From assembly GCA_964603585.1 (NCBI GenBank), contig CAZRVK010000001.1, positions 438,541-502,540 of the forward strand: a stretch of 64,000 bases of DNA, written 5' to 3'. This stretch comes from an uncultured Planctomycetales bacterium. GTDB taxonomy: Bacteria > Omnitrophota > Gorgyraeia > Gygaellales > Profunditerraquicolaceae. Below, piece by piece: positions 26,784 to 36,319 of this stretch. The position numbers and the translations under genes were made by a program. Position 1 is the first letter of the stretch. Each line of letters opens with the position of its first letter. The notes under the pieces were generated by a model. That model was not told the origin of the DNA. It ran no database searches and saw nothing but the letters and a program-made list of their open reading frames with translations.

Positions 26784-27608
26784 TTAATCCCTCTGAAACT
26801 TCTTTATCTTCTCCACTATTACCATAAACGCCTCTGCGGATTTTGATTTTTCCTGAAAGGAAACAAATGGAGTCCCTTTATCAGCAAAATCGACAAATTC
26901 CGGTTGAAATGGTATACTTCCTAAAAACGGGACCTTCAACTCTTCTGCCGCCTTTTTGCCTCCGCCTTTCTTGAAAATATCTGTCTGGCTATGGCAATGC
27001 GGGCAAATAAACCCGCTCATATTCTCGATTATGCCAACTACCGGTATTTTTATTTCTTTAGCGAACAAAACGCTTTTACGCGCATCAAGTATAGCCACAT
27101 CCTGTGGAGTAGTCACAATAATGATCCCGCTGACACTGGGAATCAATTGGCATACGCTTAAAGGTTCATCGCCTGTTCCTGGAGGAGAATCAACAACAAG
27201 ATAATCCAACCTGCCCCAATTCACATCGCTTAAAAACTGACGAATAACTGCGGTTTTAGCTGGCCCGCGCCAAATTATCGGTTGATCCGGGCTGTACCCA
27301 GAAAGGGCGATACTTACTGCCTTAAGGTTCTTGCTGACTAAAACCGGGTCTATCCCGGATTCAAAAGCAGAAACCGATTGCTTCTCGATACCTAACATTT
27401 TTGCGATATTAGGCCCATGGAGATCAATATCCAAGATCCCGACCGAATTACCGGCGAGTGATAAAGCATACGCTAAATTCACAGCCACCGTAGTCTTACC
27501 TACCCCGCCTTTACCGCTCATAACAATAAAAGAATGTTTTATTAACGACATTTTTTCATTGAATTGCTTCTGTTTCTCGATTAAATCCTGTTCATCCATT
27601 TGAGCCAT
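26784..27608 (-). CDS. apbC: Mrp/NBP35 family Fe-S cluster carrier ATPase
   Basis: Deviant Walker A (SGKGGVGKTT) and a C-terminal CPHC motif. Confidence 0.85.
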   Translation of the reverse strand: MAQMDEQDLIEKQKQFNEKMSLIKHSFIVMSGKGGVGKTTVAVNLAYALSLAGNSVGILDIDLHGPNIAKMLGIEKQSVSAFESGIDPVLVSKNLKAVSIALSGYSPDQPIIWRGPAKTAVIRQFLSDVNWGRLDYLVVDSPPGTGDEPLSVCQLIPSVSGIIIVTTPQDVAILDARKSVLFAKEIKIPVVGIIENMSGFICPHCHSQTDIFKKGGGKKAAEELKVPFLGSIPFQPEFVDFADKGTPFVSFQEKSKSAEAFMVIVEKIKKFQRD

Positions 27609-27622
27609 AAGAACACCCCTTT

Positions 27623-28021
27623 TTATTTCTTAAGTAAATGATCCGCTATCGCCCGATAAAGCGTGCTTACTGCAAGTATGGAACAATGCAAATGATCCTC
27701 TGGCAAACCTTTTAAATTCCTTATTACATCCCCGGCCGAAACCAAAAGGGCGTCTTTAATGGTTTTTCCTTCTACCAACTTTGCCGTCATCGCCGCAGAA
27801 GCCCGTGTCGGGTAACAACCATCAGTATAGTATTTGATACCTGTGATCTTATCATTCTCAATCACCAGATAAAACTCCATTGAATCCCCGCAAGGCCCTT
27901 TTAAATACGAAGAACTTACAGGATCATTCATCCTGCCTAAATACCTGGGGTCATTGATCAGCTCAACTATATCTAATTGATACTCCGTAAGGCTGCCTTT
28001 ATCATCATGTTTCATGCTCAA
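27623..28021 (-). CDS. IscU/NifU N-terminal-like Fe-S scaffold protein
   Basis: GPCGDSMEF...DGCYPTRAS...HCSILAV gives the three Cys ligands of U-type scaffolds. Confidence 0.7.
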   Translation of the reverse strand: MSMKHDDKGSLTEYQLDIVELINDPRYLGRMNDPVSSSYLKGPCGDSMEFYLVIENDKITGIKYYTDGCYPTRASAAMTAKLVEGKTIKDALLVSAGDVIRNLKGLPEDHLHCSILAVSTLYRAIADHLLKK

Positions 28022-28104
28022 CCTCCTGGCATATTAAGAGCTTGCTCAAACAAAACTTTTACTGAATAAAGGAGAGGAAATACCTTAAAACATGTATGTC
28101 CCGC

Positions 28105-28977
28105 TCAACAATATTCACCATGAATTGATCTTCTTAAGATCTCCCAGACCTTTTTGATCTCATCGCCGGCCGCGCAACGGGCATATTCAACGATGGGTTT
28201 CCCCTCAACCAAAGCCTTAACCACTGCTTCATCAAACGCGATCTTTCCAATAACCGGAATGCTCTGTCGACGGCAGAATTCTTCGATCTTTTCAGTAGTA
28301 GTTAAATTTAAATCATATTTATTCACAACCAGCCTGACCGGGATATTGAAATGTCTTGCAACTTCTATAACCCTTTCGGCATCATGCAGGCCTGAAAGCG
28401 TAGGTTCAGTTACGATCAAAGCGCAGTCAACCCCTGACAAAGAAGCAATCACCGGGCATCCTATACCAGGAGGGCCGTCAATGATCACGCAATCAAGTTC
28501 TTGTTTTTCTGCTAATTCTTTAGCAATCTGCCGTATCTTTGCAACTAGCTTGCCGGAATTATCCTCGGCAATCCCTAACTTTGCATGCACAAAATGGCCG
28601 TATTTAGTATCGGAAACAAACCACTCACCGGCCACGTTCTCTTCCATTTGAACTGCCCCACAGGGGCATAGATAGCTGCAAAGAGCACATCCTTGGCAGG
28701 AAAAACGCTCAATCGTATAATCGGCTTTTATTGCCTCGAACCTGCATGCAGATAGGCATTTCCCGCATTTTTTACAAAGTTTCTTATCAATAACCGCGGT
28801 ATGTCCGCTTAGAAATTCATAGCGCTCTTTAATTACGGGATGCAACAGTAAATGCAGATCTGCCGCATCTACATCGCAGTCCACCATAACCTTATTCTTG
28901 GCCAAAGCGGCAAACGAAGCTGTAACAACTGTCTTACCTGTCCCACCTTTACCGCTAATAACTACGATTTGCTTCAT
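28105..28977 (-). CDS. MinD/ParA-superfamily P-loop ATPase with inserted 4Fe-4S ferredoxin domain (COG1149)
   Basis: SGKGGTGKT Walker A and two CxxCxxC(x)C ferredoxin motifs (CKKCGKCLSAC, CQGCALCSYLCPCG). Confidence 0.75.
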   Translation of the reverse strand: MKQIVVISGKGGTGKTVVTASFAALAKNKVMVDCDVDAADLHLLLHPVIKERYEFLSGHTAVIDKKLCKKCGKCLSACRFEAIKADYTIERFSCQGCALCSYLCPCGAVQMEENVAGEWFVSDTKYGHFVHAKLGIAEDNSGKLVAKIRQIAKELAEKQELDCVIIDGPPGIGCPVIASLSGVDCALIVTEPTLSGLHDAERVIEVARHFNIPVRLVVNKYDLNLTTTEKIEEFCRRQSIPVIGKIAFDEAVVKALVEGKPIVEYARCAAGDEIKKVWEILRRSIHGEYC

Positions 28978-29824
28978 TTTTTATCCTGCAAATATTTAAA
29001 AACAATTCCATGAACTTATCTTTATAAGAAACATCATTTTCCACGATAGGCACCCCCTGGGAATAACTAAGCGCTATTTCCCTGCTGAAAGGTATTTTCA
29101 TTAAAACAGGTATATTCTCAAGAGAACAATAATCCTCTGCTTTCTTATCACCGATATCCGAGCGATTAATAACCACTCCAAAAGGGATCCCGATTTTACG
29201 TAATACATCAACGGCCAGGATCAAATCGTTTAATCCAAAAGGAGTCGGTTCTGTAACTAACACGCAAAAATCACTTCCCTTAACTGAAGCAATTACCGGG
29301 CATGACGTTCCCGGAGGGGCATCAACAATCACTATTCTTGTTGAATTGATATACTCCTTTACCTGTCGAATAAGAGGAGGCGACATCGCCTCCCCGATAT
29401 TAAGCCGGCCATGGACAAACTGCATATCGTTATTATCGCCAATTTCGATCACACCGATCTCTTTATTGACTTCTCTTATCGCGCCTTGAGGGCAAAACAT
29501 GCTGCATGCCCCGCATCCATGGCACAAATGCGGGAAGATCAAAACATTGCCCTTTTTATCTGCCGACCCCGGTAATACCGCGATAGCGTGATACGCGCAA
29601 ACCTGGCGGCACTTACCGCAATAAGTGCATTTCAACTCATCCACCTCCGGAACCAGAACACATGCATTCAATTCGTCTTTTATACACGGTTTAATAAACA
29701 AGTGTGCATTTGGCTCTTCGACATCACAATCAAGAAGCTGGACATTATTAAGGGAAAGTGCTAAATTAACCGCGACTGTAGTCTTTCCGGTGCCGCCTTT
29801 TCCGCTGGCTACTGAAATAATCAT
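28955..29824 (-). CDS. MinD/ParA-superfamily P-loop ATPase with inserted 4Fe-4S ferredoxin domain (COG1149), paralog
   Basis: SGKGGTGKTT plus CTYCGKCRQVC and CHGCGACSMFCPQG. Overlaps the previous gene by 23 bp. Confidence 0.75.
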   Translation of the reverse strand: MIISVASGKGGTGKTTVAVNLALSLNNVQLLDCDVEEPNAHLFIKPCIKDELNACVLVPEVDELKCTYCGKCRQVCAYHAIAVLPGSADKKGNVLIFPHLCHGCGACSMFCPQGAIREVNKEIGVIEIGDNNDMQFVHGRLNIGEAMSPPLIRQVKEYINSTRIVIVDAPPGTSCPVIASVKGSDFCVLVTEPTPFGLNDLILAVDVLRKIGIPFGVVINRSDIGDKKAEDYCSLENIPVLMKIPFSREIALSYSQGVPIVENDVSYKDKFMELFLNICRIKNEANRSY

Positions 29825-29825
29825 G

Positions 29826-30452
29826 CTAATTCCTGTCTGCCGGCAGGAAGCAATGGTATGCGATTAATACCTCTTGGAATTTACTGCTGGCCTTATCGGT
29901 CTTAAACCCCTTACTGTTTAAATATTGTTCTATATCAAATAACGTGGTTTCACTAACTTCATGCTTATTTCCTTCGCTGGCATGGACCTTATCCATAAGG
30001 GCGAATCCCTCTTTAGTAAAATCGCTTAAAACGAGCTTTCCTGGACAAGAAAGCACGCGCAAAAGCTCATCAATCACCTTATAGGGATTAGTTAAATGAT
30101 GCAGGGTATTGACGGAAAAAACAACATCAAAGCTTTTATCCTTAAAATTTAATGTTTCTGCGTTTTCAATCCTAAAATCAACCTGCCGGTCAAAGCCGAA
30201 ATAACGCAGAGTTAATTTCGCAAAGGCTTGTTCTGTCTCCGAAATATCGAAGGTAGTAAAGACACACCCCGCTTTTGCAAGCTCAAGCGCAAAATGCCCC
30301 TTACCCGTGCCAGCCTCAAGGATACCGCCGCTAATAGGCTGGGCCTTCTCTAAAATGAAAGCCCGCTCCTTATCAACATCATATCCAAAACTGGCATATA
30401 ACGCTTTACGCTCTAAATAACGTTTGTAGTTTTCTAAAAGCTCTTTTTCCAA
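29826..30452 (-). CDS. class I SAM-dependent methyltransferase
   Basis: Motif I ILEAGTGKGHFALELAK and Rossmann MTase layout. Confidence 0.7.
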   Translation of the reverse strand: MEKELLENYKRYLERKALYASFGYDVDKERAFILEKAQPISGGILEAGTGKGHFALELAKAGCVFTTFDISETEQAFAKLTLRYFGFDRQVDFRIENAETLNFKDKSFDVVFSVNTLHHLTNPYKVIDELLRVLSCPGKLVLSDFTKEGFALMDKVHASEGNKHEVSETTLFDIEQYLNSKGFKTDKASSKFQEVLIAYHCFLPADRN

Positions 30453-30457
30453 TTATA

Positions 30458-30943
30458 CTACTTTCCTGACATGTCATCTAAAATTGATTCCAGGTCCTCT
30501 TCGTGCTCGATTTCATCTGCCATGATCTCTAAAGCGAGATGATAGGTAACGACATCTTTTTCTTTTACCTCTGCAGAAAGCTTATTATAAACCTCAATCG
30601 CACACTGTTCGCCTTTAATATTCTGCTTTAAAATCGCCTTCACCGAAGGATCTTCCGGGGCATCATAACCGCAGTTAGCCTGTTTATACCAATCTTCCGG
30701 CTTTAAAATAGGCGTACCACCCAGCTGTATGATCCTCTCGACAAGCATACCCGCATGTTTCAGCTCTTCACTGGCATGCTGTTCTAATTCAGCGACTACT
30801 GCTCCACGCATCTGTCCACGGGCAACTTTTGCCCCTACCCAATATTGATAATAAGCAAGCCACTCATCGGCAAAGGCCTTATTCAATAATGCGACTATTT
30901 TATTCATATCGGAACCAACCAGCTCTCTTGCTTTTGTCCCCAT
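30458..30943 (-). CDS. ferritin-like diiron protein (bacterioferritin/Dps-like)
   Basis: Four-helix bundle pattern with E..H pairs (EQHASEELKHAG, ADEIEHEED). Confidence 0.6.
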   Translation of the reverse strand: MGTKARELVGSDMNKIVALLNKAFADEWLAYYQYWVGAKVARGQMRGAVVAELEQHASEELKHAGMLVERIIQLGGTPILKPEDWYKQANCGYDAPEDPSVKAILKQNIKGEQCAIEVYNKLSAEVKEKDVVTYHLALEIMADEIEHEEDLESILDDMSGK

Positions 30944-30954
30944 ATTTTCCTCCC

Positions 30955-31323
30955 TTATTTAGCAATCCCGAATTTAGAACTTACACTTGGCCCCTGGGTA
31001 ATTTTCAGTTTTCCGCTTTTATATTCTTCAATCGCCTCTTTGACCGAGCCGGACATATTGGTATATATTTCAATCTTTGCCTTGTTTAAGGTTTCAAACG
31101 CATTCGGCCCAACATTTCCAGTCAAAACAGCCGTAACCCCTTTAGAACTAACTAACTGGGCTGACTGGATCCCCGCACCTCCCTGAAATTGAGCATTAAT
31201 GTTTCCCTGGACCTCGAATTCCCCGGAATCAGTATCAAAGAAAATAAAGTTCTGGCACCTGCCAAAACGAGGGTCGACCTTTGAATCTAAAGTTTTTCCT
31301 TCTGCAGTAATGCATATTTTCAT
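30955..31323 (-). CDS. NifX/NifB-C-terminal-like (dinitrogenase FeMo-cofactor-binding domain) protein
   Basis: MKICITAEG...FGRCQNFIFFD...AVLTGNVGPNAFE is a PF02579-like fold. Confidence 0.75.
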   Translation of the reverse strand: MKICITAEGKTLDSKVDPRFGRCQNFIFFDTDSGEFEVQGNINAQFQGGAGIQSAQLVSSKGVTAVLTGNVGPNAFETLNKAKIEIYTNMSGSVKEAIEEYKSGKLKITQGPSVSSKFGIAK

Positions 31324-31401
31324 AGAAAACCTTCCTTTTTCCCCTGGTGAACCTTAAAGAACTTATATCCCAAAAGGTCACTTCGATATATCCCGGTTAC
31401 T

Positions 31402-31779
31402 TTAATGGCAGCTGGAATCACTGCCATGCTCTTTACAAGCATCAAGCCCACCCAAGGTATTACTCATAAAATCATCAAGCGCTTTCTGCACTTTACCAGA
31501 ATAACCAAAGACCTCAACTCCTGCCTGTGCAAACTTCTGTTGGGCACCCATCCCCATGCCACCGGCAATAACGTGGGTGATTTTGTACTTTAGGAGCTCA
31601 TCGACCGCAACACATCCTCCTCCGCCATGTACCGCGGTATTAGGCACAATCCGCGAACCGGTTATTTTCTTCTTATCCTTATCGATATCAGCTAAAAAAA
31701 AGAACTTACACTGTCCAAAATGCGCACAAACATTGCCATGGACTCCATTTTCATCTTCCAAAACAACCCCAACTCTCAT
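31402..31779 (-). CDS. NifX-like (dinitrogenase FeMo-cofactor-binding domain) protein, paralog
   Basis: MRVGVVLED...HFGQCKFFFLADI...HVIAGGMGMGAQQKF. Confidence 0.75.
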   Translation of the reverse strand: MRVGVVLEDENGVHGNVCAHFGQCKFFFLADIDKDKKKITGSRIVPNTAVHGGGGCVAVDELLKYKITHVIAGGMGMGAQQKFAQAGVEVFGYSGKVQKALDDFMSNTLGGLDACKEHGSDSSCH

Positions 31780-31827
31780 CTTTAATACCTCCCTTTAGAT
31801 AAAAAACTACTTTTTCCATCCCTATTA

Positions 31828-32082
31828 TCACTCTTGCTTATAATCTACACGGCCAAAACCCCCGAACGCCTGCATTCCATTTTTTGCTCTCATCCAGCCG
31901 GGAAGCCCTGTAGCATAAAAACAATTACGCCTGCCTCTACCGCCTCCTCCTGCCCCGGAAATACCTCGCATGGACTGCCTTTTAGCCCCATCAACAGGCA
32001 TAACACAATAACCCCTTCCGCCTCCTGTCATCGATCCCTGTCCTCTCGGCCCTGTTCCGTCAAAACCTGGCATCTCTATCAC
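31828..32082 (-). CDS. DUF5320 glycine-rich small protein
   Basis: MPGFDGTGPRGQGSMTGGGRGYC matches the conserved DUF5320 N-terminus. Confidence 0.6.
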   Translation of the reverse strand: MIEMPGFDGTGPRGQGSMTGGGRGYCVMPVDGAKRQSMRGISGAGGGGRGRRNCFYATGLPGWMRAKNGMQAFGGFGRVDYKQE

Positions 32083-32094
32083 CTACCTTCCTTT

Positions 32095-32113
32095 AATGAA
32101 AATCATTTTCATT
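32095..32113 (-). promoter_or_regulatory. candidate Fur-family operator (perfect 9-1-9 palindrome)
   Basis: AATGAAAATcATTTTCATT is exactly self-complementary. It lies between the Fur-family gene stop and the DUF5320 start. Confidence 0.5.
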
Positions 32114-32135
32114 AATTAGCAAAAAAATATAGCGC

Positions 32136-32609
32136 TCATTTCATTTCCCTGCATTTCTCGCATACACCGTAAAACTGTATAAGATGATTGGTGATCTTAA
32201 ACTTATATTTTTGAGCCAATCCTCTCTCTGTTTGATTAAGCAGCTCAACCTCTTCATCAATAAAGTCAGTATAGTCGATCACCATATTGCATTGTGTACA
32301 AACCAAATGATGGTGATGATGCGCCCCTTTAGGCCCTTCGGCAAATTCATACCTGGACCTGCCATCGCCGAAATCAAGCTTATATACCATACCCAGATTT
32401 GATAATACATCCAGCGTCCGATAAACAGTAGTTAATCCTATGCTGGGATATTTAGAATGTACCTTTATGTATATATCCTCGGCACTCAAGTGTCCTTCGG
32501 CTTTGGATAAGATATCGAGAATTGCTTCACGGCCTAACGTAAGCCTGTACCCGCAACCCCGGAACTTACCATGCCACCATCCCTCTTTCTGGCAATTACC
32601 TCTTTGCAT
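32136..32609 (-). CDS. Fur-family metalloregulator (Fur/Zur/PerR)
   Basis: Winged-helix N-domain. HHHHLVCTQCNMVIDY gives the metal-binding His cluster plus CxxC. The start is taken at MQRGN; the ORF track extends to 32636. Confidence 0.8.
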   Translation of the reverse strand: MQRGNCQKEGWWHGKFRGCGYRLTLGREAILDILSKAEGHLSAEDIYIKVHSKYPSIGLTTVYRTLDVLSNLGMVYKLDFGDGRSRYEFAEGPKGAHHHHHLVCTQCNMVIDYTDFIDEEVELLNQTERGLAQKYKFKITNHLIQFYGVCEKCREMK

Positions 32610-32638
32610 TATATCTTTCCACTTGCAAACATACAAGG

Positions 32639-32664
32639 TTAATGAAAATGGTTTCCATTACTAA
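32639..32664 (-). promoter_or_regulatory. second candidate Fur-family box upstream of the regulator gene
   Basis: TTAATGAAAATGGTTTCCATTACTAA shares the AATGAAAAT half-site and contains the inverted repeat AATGG-ttt-CCATT. Confidence 0.35.
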
Positions 32665-32704
32665 TATATACAAGAAAACCGCATTTGTCAAGAAAAACTT
32701 TATT

Positions 32705-33517
32705 TTAGCTAAATGCTACATCAAGGATCATCATCGCCAAAAAACCAGCGATAGTCCCTGCTGTAGATAGATCCGTATGGCCATTACGTTGCGATTCGGG
32801 GATCACTTCTTCAACCACGACAAAGATCATCGCTCCGGCGGCAAAACCCAATGCATACGGCAACAACGGCCTGGCCCAGAGGACTGCAATCACTCCTAAA
32901 ACAGCAGAAATCGGCTCAACTACTGCCGAAAGCTGTCCATACCAGAAACTTTTAAAACGTGATATTCCCTCCCGGCGCAAAGAAACAGATACCGCAAAGC
33001 CTTCGGGTATATTTTGGATGCCGATTCCTGCTGTCAACGCTATAGCACCGGCTATTGTCGTCTCTGGAAAACCCAAAGCCACTGCACCGATCGCAACCCC
33101 AACTGCCAGCCCTTCCGGGATATTATGCAATGTTATCGCAAGAACCAATAATACACTGCGCTGCCAGGATGTCTTGATCCCTTCTGCATCTTTTGTAGGA
33201 AAACCAAGATGAAGATGCGGTAAAACCTTATCGATCAATCTCAAAAATATAGTCCCCAGAAGAAACCCGGATGCAGCAGGCAGCCATGGCGCCACGCTAA
33301 TGTGATAAGACATTTCGATTGCCGGAGCAAGCAATGACCAGAAACTGGCTGCGATCATAACCCCACCGGCAAAACCCAGCATCGAATCAAACGCCTTCTG
33401 GCTGAATTTATTGGTTACGAACACAAAAGCAGCTCCAACCGCGGTCAAGATCCAGGTAAAGATCCCCGCAAACAATGCCTGCAAAACAGGATTAAGGTGT
33501 TGTATTGTACTGATCAT
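32705..33517 (-). CDS. ZIP-family divalent metal (zinc) transporter
   Basis: 8-TM protein with HNIPEGLAVG and a second NIPEGFAVS motif (ZupT-like). Confidence 0.85.
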   Translation of the reverse strand: MISTIQHLNPVLQALFAGIFTWILTAVGAAFVFVTNKFSQKAFDSMLGFAGGVMIAASFWSLLAPAIEMSYHISVAPWLPAASGFLLGTIFLRLIDKVLPHLHLGFPTKDAEGIKTSWQRSVLLVLAITLHNIPEGLAVGVAIGAVALGFPETTIAGAIALTAGIGIQNIPEGFAVSVSLRREGISRFKSFWYGQLSAVVEPISAVLGVIAVLWARPLLPYALGFAAGAMIFVVVEEVIPESQRNGHTDLSTAGTIAGFLAMMILDVAFS

Positions 33518-33522
33518 ATAAA

Positions 33523-34581
33523 TTAATCTTGTTTTGCCAACTTCCGCTTCAAACTTTCCACTTCATTCTTAAGCGCGATAATCCGCTCTTCTCTGTCCAT
33601 ACTGATCCGATAAAAAATCTCCAATTCATGCAAACGTTTTTTTGCTTCTTCTTCTATTTTCTTGCGTTCAGTAATATCCTCAACCAGTTCAATAAATCCC
33701 GTACAAACACCATTCTTATCATACGTACCCACAGCCCAGATATTAACATAAAAATAACTTCCGTCCTTACGCACACCTTTAGCCTCGATCTTTTCTGTAG
33801 GTTTACCGCGCATAACAATACTACCCGGGCAATGCGCACAAATCCCATCACGATTCTCAAATTCAGAGAAACACAATTTCCCCTCAAAATCCTCTGGAGA
33901 CCTGTTAAACAAACGGCCAATATGGCTATTGACCTTTAAAATCCTGTAATTAGTGTCCATAATGGAAATCCCCATATTAATATTCTCAAAAATACCCATG
34001 AACCGTTCTTGGCTCACACGCAATGCATTTTCCATAACCCTGCGTTCAGTGATATCTTTATCCACGCCGAGATAACCTTTGAAATTCCCACTCTTATCAA
34101 ATATAGGCACACCGTTGGTAAGTAGGCAAATCTTTCTGCCGGTTTTTTGGATATTCCAATTCTCCAAATCCTTGATCGGAGCTTTATTTGCCAGGATCTC
34201 GAAGAAAATAGCTGACACTCTTTTTGCTTCATCCGGCGGCATAAAATCGAATGGGGTTTTTCCTATCATTTCTTCGGGAGAACGCCCAAAGAATTCAGAA
34301 CTCTTATATGAACTATATGTATAAACACCTTTCTCGTCTACCTCCCAAACCCAATCCGCTATACTAAATATCAAATTCTCCAATCTTTGCTCATTATCAT
34401 GTAATACATCTTCGATCTTTTTACACTCCGCTACTTCCTGCCCCGATTCAACCGCCTTAGGATTAACAGACTGATACGATTTAATCTTTCCCGCCCAAAC
34501 AGTAAAAATTGCAAGCAAGTAATTTATAAGGCTTTTCAAGGTTAAACGGCTGTTTTTATTTACGGCTTTTTTATCTACCAT
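33523..34581 (-). CDS. PAS-domain protein without output domain
   Basis: Two PAS folds. C-terminus KRLHELEIFYRISMDREERIIALKNEVESLKRKL. Confidence 0.65.
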   Translation of the reverse strand: MVDKKAVNKNSRLTLKSLINYLLAIFTVWAGKIKSYQSVNPKAVESGQEVAECKKIEDVLHDNEQRLENLIFSIADWVWEVDEKGVYTYSSYKSSEFFGRSPEEMIGKTPFDFMPPDEAKRVSAIFFEILANKAPIKDLENWNIQKTGRKICLLTNGVPIFDKSGNFKGYLGVDKDITERRVMENALRVSQERFMGIFENINMGISIMDTNYRILKVNSHIGRLFNRSPEDFEGKLCFSEFENRDGICAHCPGSIVMRGKPTEKIEAKGVRKDGSYFYVNIWAVGTYDKNGVCTGFIELVEDITERKKIEEEAKKRLHELEIFYRISMDREERIIALKNEVESLKRKLAKQD

Positions 34582-34588
34582 CGTCTGA

Positions 34589-35971
34589 TCAACTCGTATT
34601 TCCCAATTTTTTCTTCAACCTCACGATTTCTTCCTTAAGCTCAATAATACGATCTTCCCGGCCTAAACTCGCCCTATAGAATATTTCCAGTTCCTGCAAA
34701 CGCTTGCGGGACTCTTCCTCCAGGTTCCTGCGTTCAGTAATATCCCGGAAATACCACACCCGGCCGTAATATTTCTTATCCGAATCAAGCATCGGTGCCG
34801 AATAACGCTCAAAGAACCTGCCGTCTTTTAAGGCAACAACATCTGCGCACACTTCATCGCGAACCGCATAAAGATGTTGTACCTTCGCAATGAATTCTTC
34901 AGGATCATCAAGTTTACTCATTACCGATTCCAACGTGTGTTGATCGGATTTTGTTTCGATTACATCAGGGGGGATCCCCCACATATCAACAAACCGCTGA
35001 TTAAAAGACAAAATCTCCCCTTTTTCATTCACAATGAGGATCCCGTCAATAGAAGATTCCTGCTGCGTCCGCAAAATAATATTATTAAATAACAATGCCT
35101 CTTCCGCCTTTTTACGTTCGGTGATATCCTCAAAGATCACGCAGAATTTTTCTTTTGTCTGAAAAGGACGATACACATTACAGTGATAGATCTTTTTGGT
35201 CGGAGAGTGATACAGCTCAAATTCCTGGCTTTTCCCGGTCACTGCCACCTCGCCATACCTTTTGACCCATTCGGGCTCGGTTTCAGGCCAAACCTCATGG
35301 ACAGTTTTGCCACTCACCTCTAAATATTTTACGCCTGTTATAATTTCATATGCGGTATTGATATAGACAAATCGATAGCTGATAAAATTGCCCGCATCAT
35401 CAAACACTGATTCAAAAACCACAAACGCATTTATCATACTCTTGAGCATCGAACTCATTTCCTGTTCCCTTTGCTGCCGCTCTTCCTCGGCTTTTTTTAG
35501 TTCAGTAACATCGTCATAAACAGCGACTATTTCGCCTGAAGGCAGCTTATAAACGTAATTTGCCACCCACTGCGAAACACGTCCATCATGATAAAATGAA
35601 ATCGGGCAATGCTGCGGCTCTCCGGTCTTCCAGACGCGCGAAAATGCCTCAAATAAACCTATTTCTTTCACCCCCGGAAAAACCTCAAGAACACTCTTAC
35701 CGATTATCTGGTCACGGCTTAATTTACTATTTAGCTCACCACTCTTATTTATATCCTTAAAGATAAAATCCCGGCCTTCCTCTTTTGCCTCATAAATAGC
35801 GACACCACTCGTCATATTATCAAAAAGTTCTTTAAAATGCACATTGCTATTGCGCAATGCCTGCTCGGATTCTTTGAGCTTAAGGATATCATTTTTAAGT
35901 TCAATTACCTGCCCTTGCAAAAGTCTTACTTGCTCAAAGAGTTCTTCCCGGCTAATATCTGTCTCTGACAT
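34589..35971 (-). CDS. multi-PAS-domain protein without output domain (paralog)
   Basis: Three PAS folds. C-terminus KRLQELEIFYRASLGREDRIIELKEEIVRLKKKL is nearly identical to that of the neighbouring paralog. Confidence 0.65.
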   Translation of the reverse strand: MSETDISREELFEQVRLLQGQVIELKNDILKLKESEQALRNSNVHFKELFDNMTSGVAIYEAKEEGRDFIFKDINKSGELNSKLSRDQIIGKSVLEVFPGVKEIGLFEAFSRVWKTGEPQHCPISFYHDGRVSQWVANYVYKLPSGEIVAVYDDVTELKKAEEERQQREQEMSSMLKSMINAFVVFESVFDDAGNFISYRFVYINTAYEIITGVKYLEVSGKTVHEVWPETEPEWVKRYGEVAVTGKSQEFELYHSPTKKIYHCNVYRPFQTKEKFCVIFEDITERKKAEEALLFNNIILRTQQESSIDGILIVNEKGEILSFNQRFVDMWGIPPDVIETKSDQHTLESVMSKLDDPEEFIAKVQHLYAVRDEVCADVVALKDGRFFERYSAPMLDSDKKYYGRVWYFRDITERRNLEEESRKRLQELEIFYRASLGREDRIIELKEEIVRLKKKLGNTS

Positions 35972-36319
35972 AATCCCCTGTAATTTCCTAATATTTTAGA
36001 GTGATCTTACCATCATAAAACAACCTTTTCGAATGAACATAGCCTTAATACTTTCTTAAAGCAAAAAACCCAAAGCCTGCATTTTCTTGCAGGGCTTTGG
36101 GTTACTTTATAACAATTGCCCAAACCGGATATCCTTAATTCTCTTTTTACTCTTACTCCCCAAAGATACCTCCTTTTACAGGCATCTTGATCTATACTTT
36201 CATTTTCAGGTTGGCAGTTATATCACAGTAGCATCCCGGGAGCAAGTCATTATCCTGCCCAAAACCTTTTTTTTGATTATACTATCAAAAACCCGCACTG
36301 TAAAGCTAAAGTAAAAAAT

